From: a virus
Reading direction: 5' to 3' (one strand)
DNA: 64,000 nt
IMG/VR virus record: IMGVR_UViG_3300037423_001547
Position 1 is the first letter of the stretch, and every line of letters begins with the position of its first letter. This document shows positions 15,563-24,334 of the stretch, in pieces. Under the pieces are notes generated by a model. The model was not told the DNA's origin, did no database searches, and saw nothing but the letters and a program-made list of their open reading frames with translations. Position numbers and translations under genes: made by a program.

Positions 15563-16165
15563 GTGGCCCGCTTGCAGATCCTGCAACTTCCCGAAGGCGC
15601 TGGCGACGACCGGCCGCCGTTCGTCCTCGTCATCGACCAGCACCAGCCGCAGCGCTACGCACTCGGCATCGGCGAGGACGAGCCCGAGATGGTCGACGAG
15701 TTCGCCGGCGTCGCCGAGCAGATCGGGGCCCGTGTCGTGTTGGTGTTCCAAGAGACCGTCGAGATCCCTGCGAATGAGACCGCCGTGCACGCGCAACCCC
15801 TGATGCGCGTCGCGGACTTCGCGGGGCTCGACGAGATCAAGCGGCTGACCGAAGAGCGTGACGAAGCCCGCCTGTGGGCCCGACACGGCTACGAGATCGG
15901 GCAACGCCACTGCGGCTGGTCCGACCACGGCGTCGCACCCGACTGGCTCACCGAAGGTTGGCCGCCCCACTTCGACGACTGCGAGCACTTCAAGCGTGCG
16001 GCGGACTACGACGAGGCGCTCACCCGCGTCCGCAACCTGCCCGAGGAGCCCAAGTTCATGGATGCCCTGCACTCCGACTCCGCTGGCTACCGGCACGGCT
16101 ACCGAGTGGCCATCGGCGATGCCAAGCGCGCCACCCGAGCCCGAGCCGCAGAGGACGGAGGCTGA
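15563..16165 (+). CDS. hypothetical protein, 200 aa
   Basis: GTG preceded by AAGGAGG. Coding bias. No motif recognised. Confidence 0.65.
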   Translation: MARLQILQLPEGAGDDRPPFVLVIDQHQPQRYALGIGEDEPEMVDEFAGVAEQIGARVVLVFQETVEIPANETAVHAQPLMRVADFAGLDEIKRLTEERDEARLWARHGYEIGQRHCGWSDHGVAPDWLTEGWPPHFDDCEHFKRAADYDEALTRVRNLPEEPKFMDALHSDSAGYRHGYRVAIGDAKRATRARAAEDGG

Positions 16166-16166
16166 C

Positions 16167-17180
16167 GTGCGCTGCCACTTCTGGTCCGCTGACCAGGCGG
16201 GTTCCAGTCTGTACAGGGCTACCCTGCCCGGGATGAGCTTGCAGTGGCTCGGTCACAATGTGTCCGGCGGCATGCGACTCCCCCAGGACTGGCCTGCCCT
16301 CGACGCGGTCGTTGGCTGCCGGGTGGCCAAGCGGGAGCCGTCCCTGATGTGGCACAAGCTGAAGGACGAGGGGAAGCGGCTCGTCCTCGACCTCGACGAC
16401 GACTACTTCCACATCGACCCCAGCAACGCCCACGCCCGCCAGGTCTGGGACACCGACATGCTCGGCAGGCTCGTCGCCAACATGCAGATCGCAGACCTCG
16501 TCACCTGCTGCTCCGAACCCCTCGCCGACGTCCTCCGCAACTACGCCGAAAACGTGCGAGTGATTCCGAACGGGCTGCCGGCGCAGTACCTGGGCACGCC
16601 CCGCGACTACGAGGCCGCGGATCGTCCGCTGTTCGTGGGCTGGGCTGGCACGTCGTCCACGGTGGCGGAGTTGCCAGAGACTGTTCGCGCCCTCAACCGG
16701 ATCGCCCAGTACCCGCGGCCCGGCGGCGGGGTGCAGGTCCGCATCGTTGGGATCAGCCCGGAGCACGCGATGGGCCTGGGGCTGCGCGGCCGGCGGGTCG
16801 GTGCGTTGGGTTGGGTGGAGCGGTTCGAGCACTACCTGCACGCGGTGTCCGAGTTCGACGTGTGGTGTGCGCCGTACAGGGACACGGCGTTCAACCGGGC
16901 GAAGTTCGCTACGAAGTGGCTGGAGGCCTCGGTGCTGGGGATCCCGCTGATCGCCTCCGATATCGAGCCGTACCGGCGGGTGATCCGGCATGGGGAGAAC
17001 GGGTTCCTCGTGAAGTACGAGCACGAGTGGGGACGCTGGCTTAAGCGGCTCGCCGACGACCCGGAGCTGCGCCAGCGGATCGGGATGACGGCGCGGGGTG
17101 AGGCGTCGGGCAGCATCATGCAGGCGTTGCATCACCAGTGGGAGGCGGCCGTCCGCATGCCTGCGGAGGTGACCGCATGA
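16167..17180 (+). CDS. GT-B fold glycosyltransferase (GT4/GT1-like), 337 aa
   Basis: GTG 16167 follows GGACGGAGG, 1 nt after the previous stop. C-terminal half FVGWAG...E..A..LGIP.IASD....R.VI.HGENGFLV is the retaining GT-B signature. Confidence 0.85.
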   Translation: MRCHFWSADQAGSSLYRATLPGMSLQWLGHNVSGGMRLPQDWPALDAVVGCRVAKREPSLMWHKLKDEGKRLVLDLDDDYFHIDPSNAHARQVWDTDMLGRLVANMQIADLVTCCSEPLADVLRNYAENVRVIPNGLPAQYLGTPRDYEAADRPLFVGWAGTSSTVAELPETVRALNRIAQYPRPGGGVQVRIVGISPEHAMGLGLRGRRVGALGWVERFEHYLHAVSEFDVWCAPYRDTAFNRAKFATKWLEASVLGIPLIASDIEPYRRVIRHGENGFLVKYEHEWGRWLKRLADDPELRQRIGMTARGEASGSIMQALHHQWEAAVRMPAEVTA

Positions 17181-17422
17181 TCGCCCGCCTGACCTGGATC
17201 CCTGACAACGGCGAGAGCGAGACCCTCACCGTAGACATCGCAGCACCCTGGCTCGAAGAGTTCCGCTCCTTGATCGGCACGCCCGAGTGGGCAAGCAGCG
17301 AAGCCGTCATGTGGATCCCCTGCCGTACCCGCGATGACCAGCCCATGACGAAGCGTCTGTTCCGGCTCGCACGCATCATCGCACTCGAACCCGTCCCAGC
17401 TGCGGAGAGGTCGACGCCTTGA
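17177..17422 (+). CDS. hypothetical protein, 81 aa
   Basis: ATGA overlap with the glycosyltransferase stop. GCGGAGG RBS. Confidence 0.5.
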   Translation: MIARLTWIPDNGESETLTVDIAAPWLEEFRSLIGTPEWASSEAVMWIPCRTRDDQPMTKRLFRLARIIALEPVPAAERSTP

Positions 17423-17604
17423 CCGGGCCAGATCATTACCGCGAAGGCGAGCACCTCCTCGGCCGCTGCCTGGAATGGGGCCACGGCGAGCAACGCCAAG
17501 CCCTGGCCGTCGAAGCCGTCGCCCACTTTCTTGCCGCGCTCGTCGCCGCCACAGCCACCCACCAGCACCCCGAATCCGTCCGATGGCAGGAGGCCACCGA
17601 ATGA
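17419..17604 (+). CDS. hypothetical protein, 61 aa
   Basis: TTG start overlapping the previous stop, GGAGAGG RBS. Confidence 0.4.
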   Translation: MTGPDHYREGEHLLGRCLEWGHGEQRQALAVEAVAHFLAALVAATATHQHPESVRWQEATE

Positions 17605-18470
17605 TCGACGGCAAAAGAGTCATTGCGTGGACCCCCTACGGCCGGGTCCGGACGTACAGCATCCTCTTCCAGTACCTGCGGCGGGACTTCGAGGATGGCC
17701 TCCTCGACGAGGTCTGGCTGTACATGAACACCGACCCGACCGGCCAGGAAGACGACATTGCCTACGCCCACCAGCTCGCCGAGGAGCACTCGACCTGGGT
17801 CAAGCTCAAGCACCGGCCCGAAGGCGTCCACCTCGGCCACCTGCCCAAGCAGAGGTACACCGGCCTGGCCTACCGGGAAATGATCGACCCGGACACGGTC
17901 TACCTGCGGCTCGACGATGATGTCGTCTACCTGCACGAGGACGCGATCGAGAACCTCGTGCGCGCCCGCATCGAGATGCCGGCGCCGACCGCCGTGTTCC
18001 CGATCATCGTCAACAACGCGATCTGCTCCCACTTCCTCCAGGTCTGCGGGAAGGTCCCCATGGAGTGGGGTGAGGTCAAGCCGTACTGCATGGACCCGAC
18101 CGGCTGGGCCAACGGGCCCTTCGCCGTCAAGCTGCACGAGATGCTCCTCGACCACATCGACGCCGGCACCGTCGACCAGCTCTACCTGTACCAGGACTTC
18201 CCGCTCCAGCCAGGCACGCAGTTCTCCGTGTCCTGCTTCGCGAGCCTCGGCAGCATGTACGCCGGCCTCCCGCACGGGCCCGGCATCCTCGTGCCGGATG
18301 AAGAGGAGAGCTGGCACACCATCCACCGGCCGCTCGCCACCGGCGCCCCGAACATCCTCCGCGGCGACGCGATCGTCAGCCACTGGTCGTTCTTCCCGCA
18401 GCATCCGTTCCTCAACAACACCACGCTCCTGGACCGGTACCGGGAGATCGCAGACAAGGCGGTGGCCTGA
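17601..18470 (+). CDS. putative nucleotide-diphospho-sugar transferase (GT-A-like, DxD), 289 aa
   Basis: ATGA overlap and GGCAGGAGG RBS. YLRLDDDVVYL DxD-type motif. Family not firmly recognised. Confidence 0.55.
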   Translation: MIDGKRVIAWTPYGRVRTYSILFQYLRRDFEDGLLDEVWLYMNTDPTGQEDDIAYAHQLAEEHSTWVKLKHRPEGVHLGHLPKQRYTGLAYREMIDPDTVYLRLDDDVVYLHEDAIENLVRARIEMPAPTAVFPIIVNNAICSHFLQVCGKVPMEWGEVKPYCMDPTGWANGPFAVKLHEMLLDHIDAGTVDQLYLYQDFPLQPGTQFSVSCFASLGSMYAGLPHGPGILVPDEEESWHTIHRPLATGAPNILRGDAIVSHWSFFPQHPFLNNTTLLDRYREIADKAVA

Positions 18471-18676
18471 TGGCCCAGATCAGCGTCGAGGACGCCCTCG
18501 AAGAGTTCCGGAAGCAGTACGGCAAGGCCGTCGACGAAAACGTCCTCCTCCGCGCGCAGAACACGGCCTTGGAGCGGCGGGTGACGGAGCTGGAGCAGCA
18601 ACTCGAAGGCCGCCCCGCACCCGCCGGCCCGGATCTGGCCGCGCAGCCCCCGTTCCTGGAGGGCGAGCAGGGTTAG
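18470..18676 (+). CDS. small coiled-coil protein, 68 aa
   Basis: ATG overlaps the previous TGA. Last gene of the plus-strand island. Its stop overlaps the stop of the convergent fibre gene. Confidence 0.45.
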   Translation: MAQISVEDALEEFRKQYGKAVDENVLLRAQNTALERRVTELEQQLEGRPAPAGPDLAAQPPFLEGEQG

Positions 18677-19740
18677 GCGATTCGGCGGATGTACATGTAG
18701 GAGCTGGTCAGCACCGATACGGCGGCCGCGTTCGACACGGACTGCGACCACTGGTAGGTGATGTTGCCTGCGCTGCCGACGGTGACGATGGACTCCTCGA
18801 TGATGGCGATCGACAGGGTGTCGGCCTGGTAGATGGTGGTGGTTGTGTAGCCGTGGCCGGAGAATCGGCCTTGGGTCTGCTGACGTGAGGTGAATCCGGC
18901 GGTGACGTCGCAGGGGCCGTGTACGAGTTTCAGGCCGGTGGTGCTGGCGGGTACGGCCCAGGCGGATTTGAAGTCGGTGTTGGCGGTGTCCGCGGTCGTC
19001 GCGAAGATCACGAAGCGGACGAGGTAGATGCCTCCGGAGACGACGCTTGCTGTCAGGTGGGGGTCGTCTGCGACGGTGGCGTTGTTGGTGCGGGCGGTGT
19101 CGGACGGTTTGAGAACGTATCGTTCCTGCCCGATTCCGGTGGCGGAGAGGTTCCCGCCGACGGCGAGGTTCCCGGTGATGTTGGCGCTGCTTGCCACGCT
19201 GAGGTTGATGCCGACGTTGAGGCTGTCGTCGGTGGCCAGTGTGTTGGCGGCGGATCGGTAGAGGTTGACGTCGGGGGCGGTGGACCCGCCTGGCCCCCAG
19301 TTGTGGGTGCCGTCGGTGTCGATCTCGAATCGGTCCTGGGTGTCTCCGGTGACGCGGCTGGAGATCAGGTCGGTGGTGGTGGCGGCGTTGACGACGGCGA
19401 GGCTGGCGCTGCTGCCGCTGGAGTTGATGTTGATCTGTTTGCCGGACGCCAGCCGCAGCGTGGAGTTGAAGCTTGCGCTGCCGTTGGGGATTTCCACCCA
19501 GGAGCCGGACGCCGGGCTGGTGCCGTTGGAGAAGTAGGTCCGGTAGCTGGTGTCGGTCTCGAAGATGCCCTTGCCCGAGTACGGAGACGAGGGCCGCGTC
19601 GACGACGTGCACGATGCGAAGCCGACTGCGGCGTCGACCTTGTCCCAGTTCTGGCCGATGTCCTGGCTGTAGTTGACCAGTTCGGAGCCGTCGCTCTTGC
19701 TCTTGTACAGGCCGAGGCGTGTGGTGGACGGGTCAGGCAT
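18673..19740 (-). CDS. tail fibre / minor tail protein, 355 aa
   Basis: The N-terminus PDPSTTRLGLYKSKSDGSELVNYSQDIGQNWDKVD is typical of actinophage fibre N-termini. Ser/Thr/Asn-rich beta-type body. Confidence 0.8.
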   Translation of the reverse strand: MPDPSTTRLGLYKSKSDGSELVNYSQDIGQNWDKVDAAVGFASCTSSTRPSSPYSGKGIFETDTSYRTYFSNGTSPASGSWVEIPNGSASFNSTLRLASGKQININSSGSSASLAVVNAATTTDLISSRVTGDTQDRFEIDTDGTHNWGPGGSTAPDVNLYRSAANTLATDDSLNVGINLSVASSANITGNLAVGGNLSATGIGQERYVLKPSDTARTNNATVADDPHLTASVVSGGIYLVRFVIFATTADTANTDFKSAWAVPASTTGLKLVHGPCDVTAGFTSRQQTQGRFSGHGYTTTTIYQADTLSIAIIEESIVTVGSAGNITYQWSQSVSNAAAVSVLTSSYMYIRRIA

Positions 19741-20203
19741 GCCGGGTCTCCTTTGCGGCCTTGGCGTGGCGGGTGCGTTCAGCGAGGACGGATCGGCGCA
19801 TGGCGGCGATCTCCTGGCCGGATGCGCGCGGCCATTGCCGGATCACGTCCAGGGGGTCCGCGGCGCGGGTCTTCTGTGGCGGAACCACGGCCTTGGCGAC
19901 TTCCTGTTTGGCGCGTTCCAGCAGTGTCAGGTGGCTGTCACGGGCGACCTGCACGCTGTCAGCAGTGAACAGCGCCGGGACTTCTCCGGGTTCGCGGAGG
20001 CGGGCGGCGAACGGTTCGTGCAGGATCATGTCGAGGGCGGTTTCCGCGTCGACGTCGTACTCGGCCATCCGCCAGTCGACGGCATTCTTCGGGAATACGT
20101 GCAGGTGAGTGCTGCCGTCGGGGCGTTCCATGACGATCATCCAGCAGGGTGTTTCCCGATCTGGTCGGTATTCCTTCACATCGGTGATGGTGTAGGTGTC
20201 CAT
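19733..20203 (-). CDS. hypothetical protein, 156 aa
   Basis: Complete ORF between the Tal-like and fibre genes. Coding bias. Confidence 0.6.
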   Translation of the reverse strand: MDTYTITDVKEYRPDRETPCWMIVMERPDGSTHLHVFPKNAVDWRMAEYDVDAETALDMILHEPFAARLREPGEVPALFTADSVQVARDSHLTLLERAKQEVAKAVVPPQKTRAADPLDVIRQWPRASGQEIAAMRRSVLAERTRHAKAAKETRHA

Positions 20204-20212
20204 GGGGTCTCC

Positions 20213-23122
20213 TCAGATCCGGAAGCACCAGAAGTAGATGGACCAGAGCCCGGATCCGGCGGGGCTGATGGTGGCGGTGAACCCGGTGGCGTCGGATGCA
20301 GTGCAAGAGTTCGAATGGACCACATCGTCACGAATGGTGTAGATGGGCAGCATTTGGGATGCCTTGGTGGAACCGAAGGAGATGGAGATGGACGATGAGC
20401 CGCTGGTGGCGTCGATGGACCCGGTGAAAAGTCCCATGTTCGTGCCGCGGTCGGTGAAGTCGTCCCACTTGCCGGTGTGGTGGGTGATGCTGTCGTTGCC
20501 GAACCAGAGCACGTTTTCGTTGCCGGTTCCCTGCCCGAACCCGACAAAGGCTTGGTTCGCGTCAGCGTAGAATTCCCCGCCTTGACCGTATGAGACCTGC
20601 GCTTTGTTCGAGTCGGCGTAAAAGTTTCCCCCCTCGGTTCCGCCTCTGTTGAACCCGGCGTAGAGGGCTCCCGGCGCGGCCCATACGTAGCCGCCGCGTC
20701 GTTGCTCGCTGGGGAACGTGATGCTTTCGAGGGCGGCGGCGGAACTGGTCAGATAGACGCGGTTGGCGCACGTGACGCCTGCGTCGTCGAAGGGGCTGGA
20801 GTTGACGCCGACGGAGACGTCCGTGCCTGCCGAGACGCCGTTGATGGACCCGTAGTCGGTGCCGGTGTTGGCGTAGAAGCGGATCTCGGGCAGGAGTGTG
20901 GCGGTTGGGTTGATCTCGATACGGCGGCCGCTGGTCCCGGATTTGAGCTGCCCGATGATGGACACCGACCCGTCAGCCGCCGCGATGTTCACCGTCTGCG
21001 TGCCTGAGCCGTTGTAGGCAAGCAGCCCTGCGCTGGAGAGTTCAACGCGCGCCCCGCTGTCGGCGGTCTTGATGCGCGAGCCGACGATCCAGTCCGCGCT
21101 GATCGTGCCAGCGGTGACCTTGGTGACGGTGAGATCAGAGATGTGGGCGTCGTCGATGAGGAGCGCGGTCGCCGTGGCCGCATCCGAGGGCCCGCTCTTG
21201 TTGCCCGCCTTGTCGACCGCGATCACCCGGACGTAGCGGGCCGATGTCTCCTCCACCTGCACCGTGAAGACGACCGGGATCTGCGCCTGCATCATGCCCG
21301 CGTTTGCGACGGCCTTGCCGAGCAGCGTCGAGGTGGACGGCGTGAACGTCGGCTCGTAGCTCACGTGGACTTCGAGGTGGTCGAGGTCCGCCTCCAGGTT
21401 GTACGTACCGCCACTGGACTTGCCAAGGGTGTGCGTGATCTGCACAGCGATCCGTGAGCCGGCCACCGACGGGGCCGCCGGCGTGGACGGCGGAATGTTG
21501 TCCGAGGTTGCCACGAACGTCGTGGTAGCCGACCAGGCGCCAGTGTTGCCGGTGGAGTCGACGCCACGGATCTGCACGTCGTAGCCGACACCAGGGCTGA
21601 GGTCGAGGAGTTCGGCGGTGGTGTGGTCCCAGGCCACCGTCATGTACTGCCACTGGGTGGACGGTGCGGCAAACGGCTGCTTCCAGACCTGCATGTCCTG
21701 CCAGCGGATCTGGCTGACCTGGGACCAGGTGGCCGGGTAGATCATGTCGGTGTCGATGGCCCAGCGGATGTCGTAGTGGTCGCCGTCCAGGACGGTGGAG
21801 CCGTCGACGTTGTTCGGGGCGTTCCAGGACAGGATCGTGCGGGCGCGGGTGAAACCGCGGTTGTCGAGGTAGGCGGCGCCGGTGAATGGGGTGATGAATA
21901 CCGGTACGCCTGGCGTCGAGGTGTCGCTGTTGGGGCGGGAGCCGACGGGTTCGGTGCTGGTGTTGGTGAGCTGGCGGGAGAAGTCGCCGACGGTCACCGT
22001 GGACGTGGCGTCGGTTTCCCATTCGACGTACTGGGTGAGATCAGTCCAGGTGCCGTTCGCGTCGCGGTAGGCGACCGTGTACTGCTCGGTGATCGCCCAC
22101 TGGGTTTCGGCGACTTGCAGTTTGATCGGGTTGATTCGTACGCCCCGGAACGTGATCTCCGTGCTCGTGTCGACGAGCCCACTGTCCGGGTCGTACACCC
22201 ACACTCGGTCACCGACGACGAAGCTGCCGTGGACGTCGTAGTCGGCCGTGCTGAGGGTGAGGGCGTTGCGGGTCGACGTGAACTGGGACAGGGCCAGTTG
22301 CGCCCGTGTGGCCGCGTTTGCGGTCGCCGTGTCCGACTCGGACACCAGCCGTGTCAGCTTCAGCGCGTTGCCGTGGATGTCCTTGTACGGAGTCGCCGGG
22401 CTGATGTTCGCCGACCCGGTGGCGATGCTGGAGCCCTCGCCCTCCGCGAGGAGCACCACCCGCGTGCTGTAGTCCTCCACATCCCGGGTGACGTCCACGC
22501 TGCCGGGCAGCGCACGGAGGAACATGTCCTCCCCGGTCTCCTTGGTGGTGATCACACAGGTGGGGTTGGTGACGAACAGGCTGCTGTCCGGGCCCGCGTC
22601 CAACGTCCCGTTGCCGTTGACCCGCCAGGACACCGGCACCGAAGTGGTGGACATGGTGTCGCACACGTAGGTGATCGCCTCACGGGGCGACTCGTACTGA
22701 TGCCGGCCGGTGTACTGCCCGGACACGCTGTAGATGGTGCCTGCGGTGACCGCGCCGCTGGCTGGCAGGAGCATGTTGATGGCGGTGGCGAAGGATGCGG
22801 ACGCGGGCTCAACCGCGTTCTCGTAGACGTCGCCCTTGCCGTCCTCGTCCCCCAGCCAGAACGCCATGCCGACCCCGCCGATGGACAGATCGTCTTGGGG
22901 AGCCGCGGTGCGGCCGTCGTCGCCGATGGTGCGGGTGCGGAGGACACCGACGTAGCGGGCGGCAGTCAGCAGGTTGTCGCCGTACTGGGCCGGGTCCAAC
23001 CGGCCGGGGATGATCGCGACATGCCCGAAGTAATCGAGGCGGTCGAGGACGTCGCGGGGCGTCCCAGGGAGGAGCTTGACCTCCCACGAGCCGAGGGCTT
23101 TGAGAACCTCCTGGACAGCCAC
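20213..23122 (-). CDS. large minor tail protein (Tal-like tip protein with FN3-type repeats), 969 aa
   Basis: Position after Dit. N-terminal tail-tip-like domain, FN3-like segments (PPSTPAAPSV...), Gly/Ser-rich C-terminal receptor-binding-like region. Confidence 0.85.
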   Translation of the reverse strand: MAVQEVLKALGSWEVKLLPGTPRDVLDRLDYFGHVAIIPGRLDPAQYGDNLLTAARYVGVLRTRTIGDDGRTAAPQDDLSIGGVGMAFWLGDEDGKGDVYENAVEPASASFATAINMLLPASGAVTAGTIYSVSGQYTGRHQYESPREAITYVCDTMSTTSVPVSWRVNGNGTLDAGPDSSLFVTNPTCVITTKETGEDMFLRALPGSVDVTRDVEDYSTRVVLLAEGEGSSIATGSANISPATPYKDIHGNALKLTRLVSESDTATANAATRAQLALSQFTSTRNALTLSTADYDVHGSFVVGDRVWVYDPDSGLVDTSTEITFRGVRINPIKLQVAETQWAITEQYTVAYRDANGTWTDLTQYVEWETDATSTVTVGDFSRQLTNTSTEPVGSRPNSDTSTPGVPVFITPFTGAAYLDNRGFTRARTILSWNAPNNVDGSTVLDGDHYDIRWAIDTDMIYPATWSQVSQIRWQDMQVWKQPFAAPSTQWQYMTVAWDHTTAELLDLSPGVGYDVQIRGVDSTGNTGAWSATTTFVATSDNIPPSTPAAPSVAGSRIAVQITHTLGKSSGGTYNLEADLDHLEVHVSYEPTFTPSTSTLLGKAVANAGMMQAQIPVVFTVQVEETSARYVRVIAVDKAGNKSGPSDAATATALLIDDAHISDLTVTKVTAGTISADWIVGSRIKTADSGARVELSSAGLLAYNGSGTQTVNIAAADGSVSIIGQLKSGTSGRRIEINPTATLLPEIRFYANTGTDYGSINGVSAGTDVSVGVNSSPFDDAGVTCANRVYLTSSAAALESITFPSEQRRGGYVWAAPGALYAGFNRGGTEGGNFYADSNKAQVSYGQGGEFYADANQAFVGFGQGTGNENVLWFGNDSITHHTGKWDDFTDRGTNMGLFTGSIDATSGSSSISISFGSTKASQMLPIYTIRDDVVHSNSCTASDATGFTATISPAGSGLWSIYFWCFRI

Positions 23123-23125
23123 CCG

Positions 23126-24334
23126 CTACCTCCGAACCCCATAGACGCTCTCCGGCATGCATGCCACGTACTGGTTCCGCAGATCCGTCGCCGCGTCCCC
23201 TGAGACCGCGCTGCCGCCGCCGGCTACGACTCCGATCCAGAAGTCCATGCTCGTCGTACTCGCCTTGGTGACGCCGCCGTTCGTGTGTGCGGTGAAGGTG
23301 CGGGCGGAGCCGACGGCGAACCGGTTGCCGTCGGAGTCGTTCGCCGTGGCGGTGACGTATCCGGATGCCGCGAAGCTGGTGTTGGTCTCCAGCGTGGACC
23401 GGTAGGCGGCCAACGTGGCGGAGGTGCCGGTCTGGAGGTAGCCCTCAACGAACCGGGAGCCGCGGCGGAGGGTGAGGTCGAGGGTGGTGCGCCCGGGGTT
23501 CTGGCTCTTGATGAGCCTCACGACGGCCATCTCGGGGTCGTTGCGGATGAGGGTGGCTGCGTCCCAGGTGGTGATGCTGCTGGCGGATCCGGCGACGGAG
23601 ACGTTCCACAGCTTCGAGTGGTAGGCGCCGCCGGTGTAGGCCTGTACGTCGAGGGTGGCCGAGGCGCTGGGTGTGACGTTGACGAGGCCGTTCGACAGGG
23701 CCCAACCAGCGGCCGAGAGCGGCACGTCGACGCCGTACACCTCCTGCGACGCCGTGGTGGTGACCTTCACGCGGCCCGTCAGGTAGCTGGTCGGGGCGCA
23801 GCCCCAGCGTGGGCTGATGTTGGCGGGGACGCTGCGGTAGACGGTGATCGTGCCGTCCGCGCTGGCGCGGGTCATCGTGGTCGGGTTGGTGGTGCCGGTG
23901 TAGTAGCCGTAGTGGCCGATCGGCGGGGCGTGCCAGCGCTCGCCGGTCAGGGAGAAGTCGTTCAACCGGACGGCGCCGGTGAGGCGGGACTGGAGGTCGG
24001 TCTCCGAGTCGGAGCCGACCCGGTCCAGGCTGACTTTCCAGTCGGCGGTCACCATGTCCGTGCGGTACTCGGTGTACGTGCTGCTCGCGGCCTTGACCGT
24101 GTAGTAGCCGTTCCGCTCCGGCTTGTCCGTCCACGTGACGGGGATGCACTGGCCCGGGATCAGCGCGTTGATCCCGTCGTGTCGGGCCACCACCTGCGCG
24201 CGGGTGAGCGGCGGATACGACTCCTGCCCTTCGATGTCGAGGCTACGGTCGTCGCCGCCAGACTCTCCGACGGCGAACGTCTCCCGCAATGGGATCCGCC
24301 CGAGCTGGACGTCGCCCCAGTTGTACAAGGCCAT
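23126..24334 (-). CDS. distal tail protein (Dit-like), 402 aa
   Basis: ATGA overlap with the tape-measure stop (ATG 24334). Synteny TMP-Dit-Tal. The ORF-track 499-aa version overlaps TMP and is unlikely. Confidence 0.75.
   Translation of the reverse strand: MALYNWGDVQLGRIPLRETFAVGESGGDDRSLDIEGQESYPPLTRAQVVARHDGINALIPGQCIPVTWTDKPERNGYYTVKAASSTYTEYRTDMVTADWKVSLDRVGSDSETDLQSRLTGAVRLNDFSLTGERWHAPPIGHYGYYTGTTNPTTMTRASADGTITVYRSVPANISPRWGCAPTSYLTGRVKVTTTASQEVYGVDVPLSAAGWALSNGLVNVTPSASATLDVQAYTGGAYHSKLWNVSVAGSASSITTWDAATLIRNDPEMAVVRLIKSQNPGRTTLDLTLRRGSRFVEGYLQTGTSATLAAYRSTLETNTSFAASGYVTATANDSDGNRFAVGSARTFTAHTNGGVTKASTTSMDFWIGVVAGGGSAVSGDAATDLRNQYVACMPESVYGVRR

Noticed and set aside
15858-16166. A 103-codon N-terminal extension of the GT-B glycosyltransferase in the ORF track.
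   Set aside because: The extension overlaps the 15563..16165 gene out of frame and is Thr/Ser/Pro/Arg-rich. GTG 16167 has a GGACGGAGG RBS, and the protein then begins with the expected GT-B N-terminal strand.
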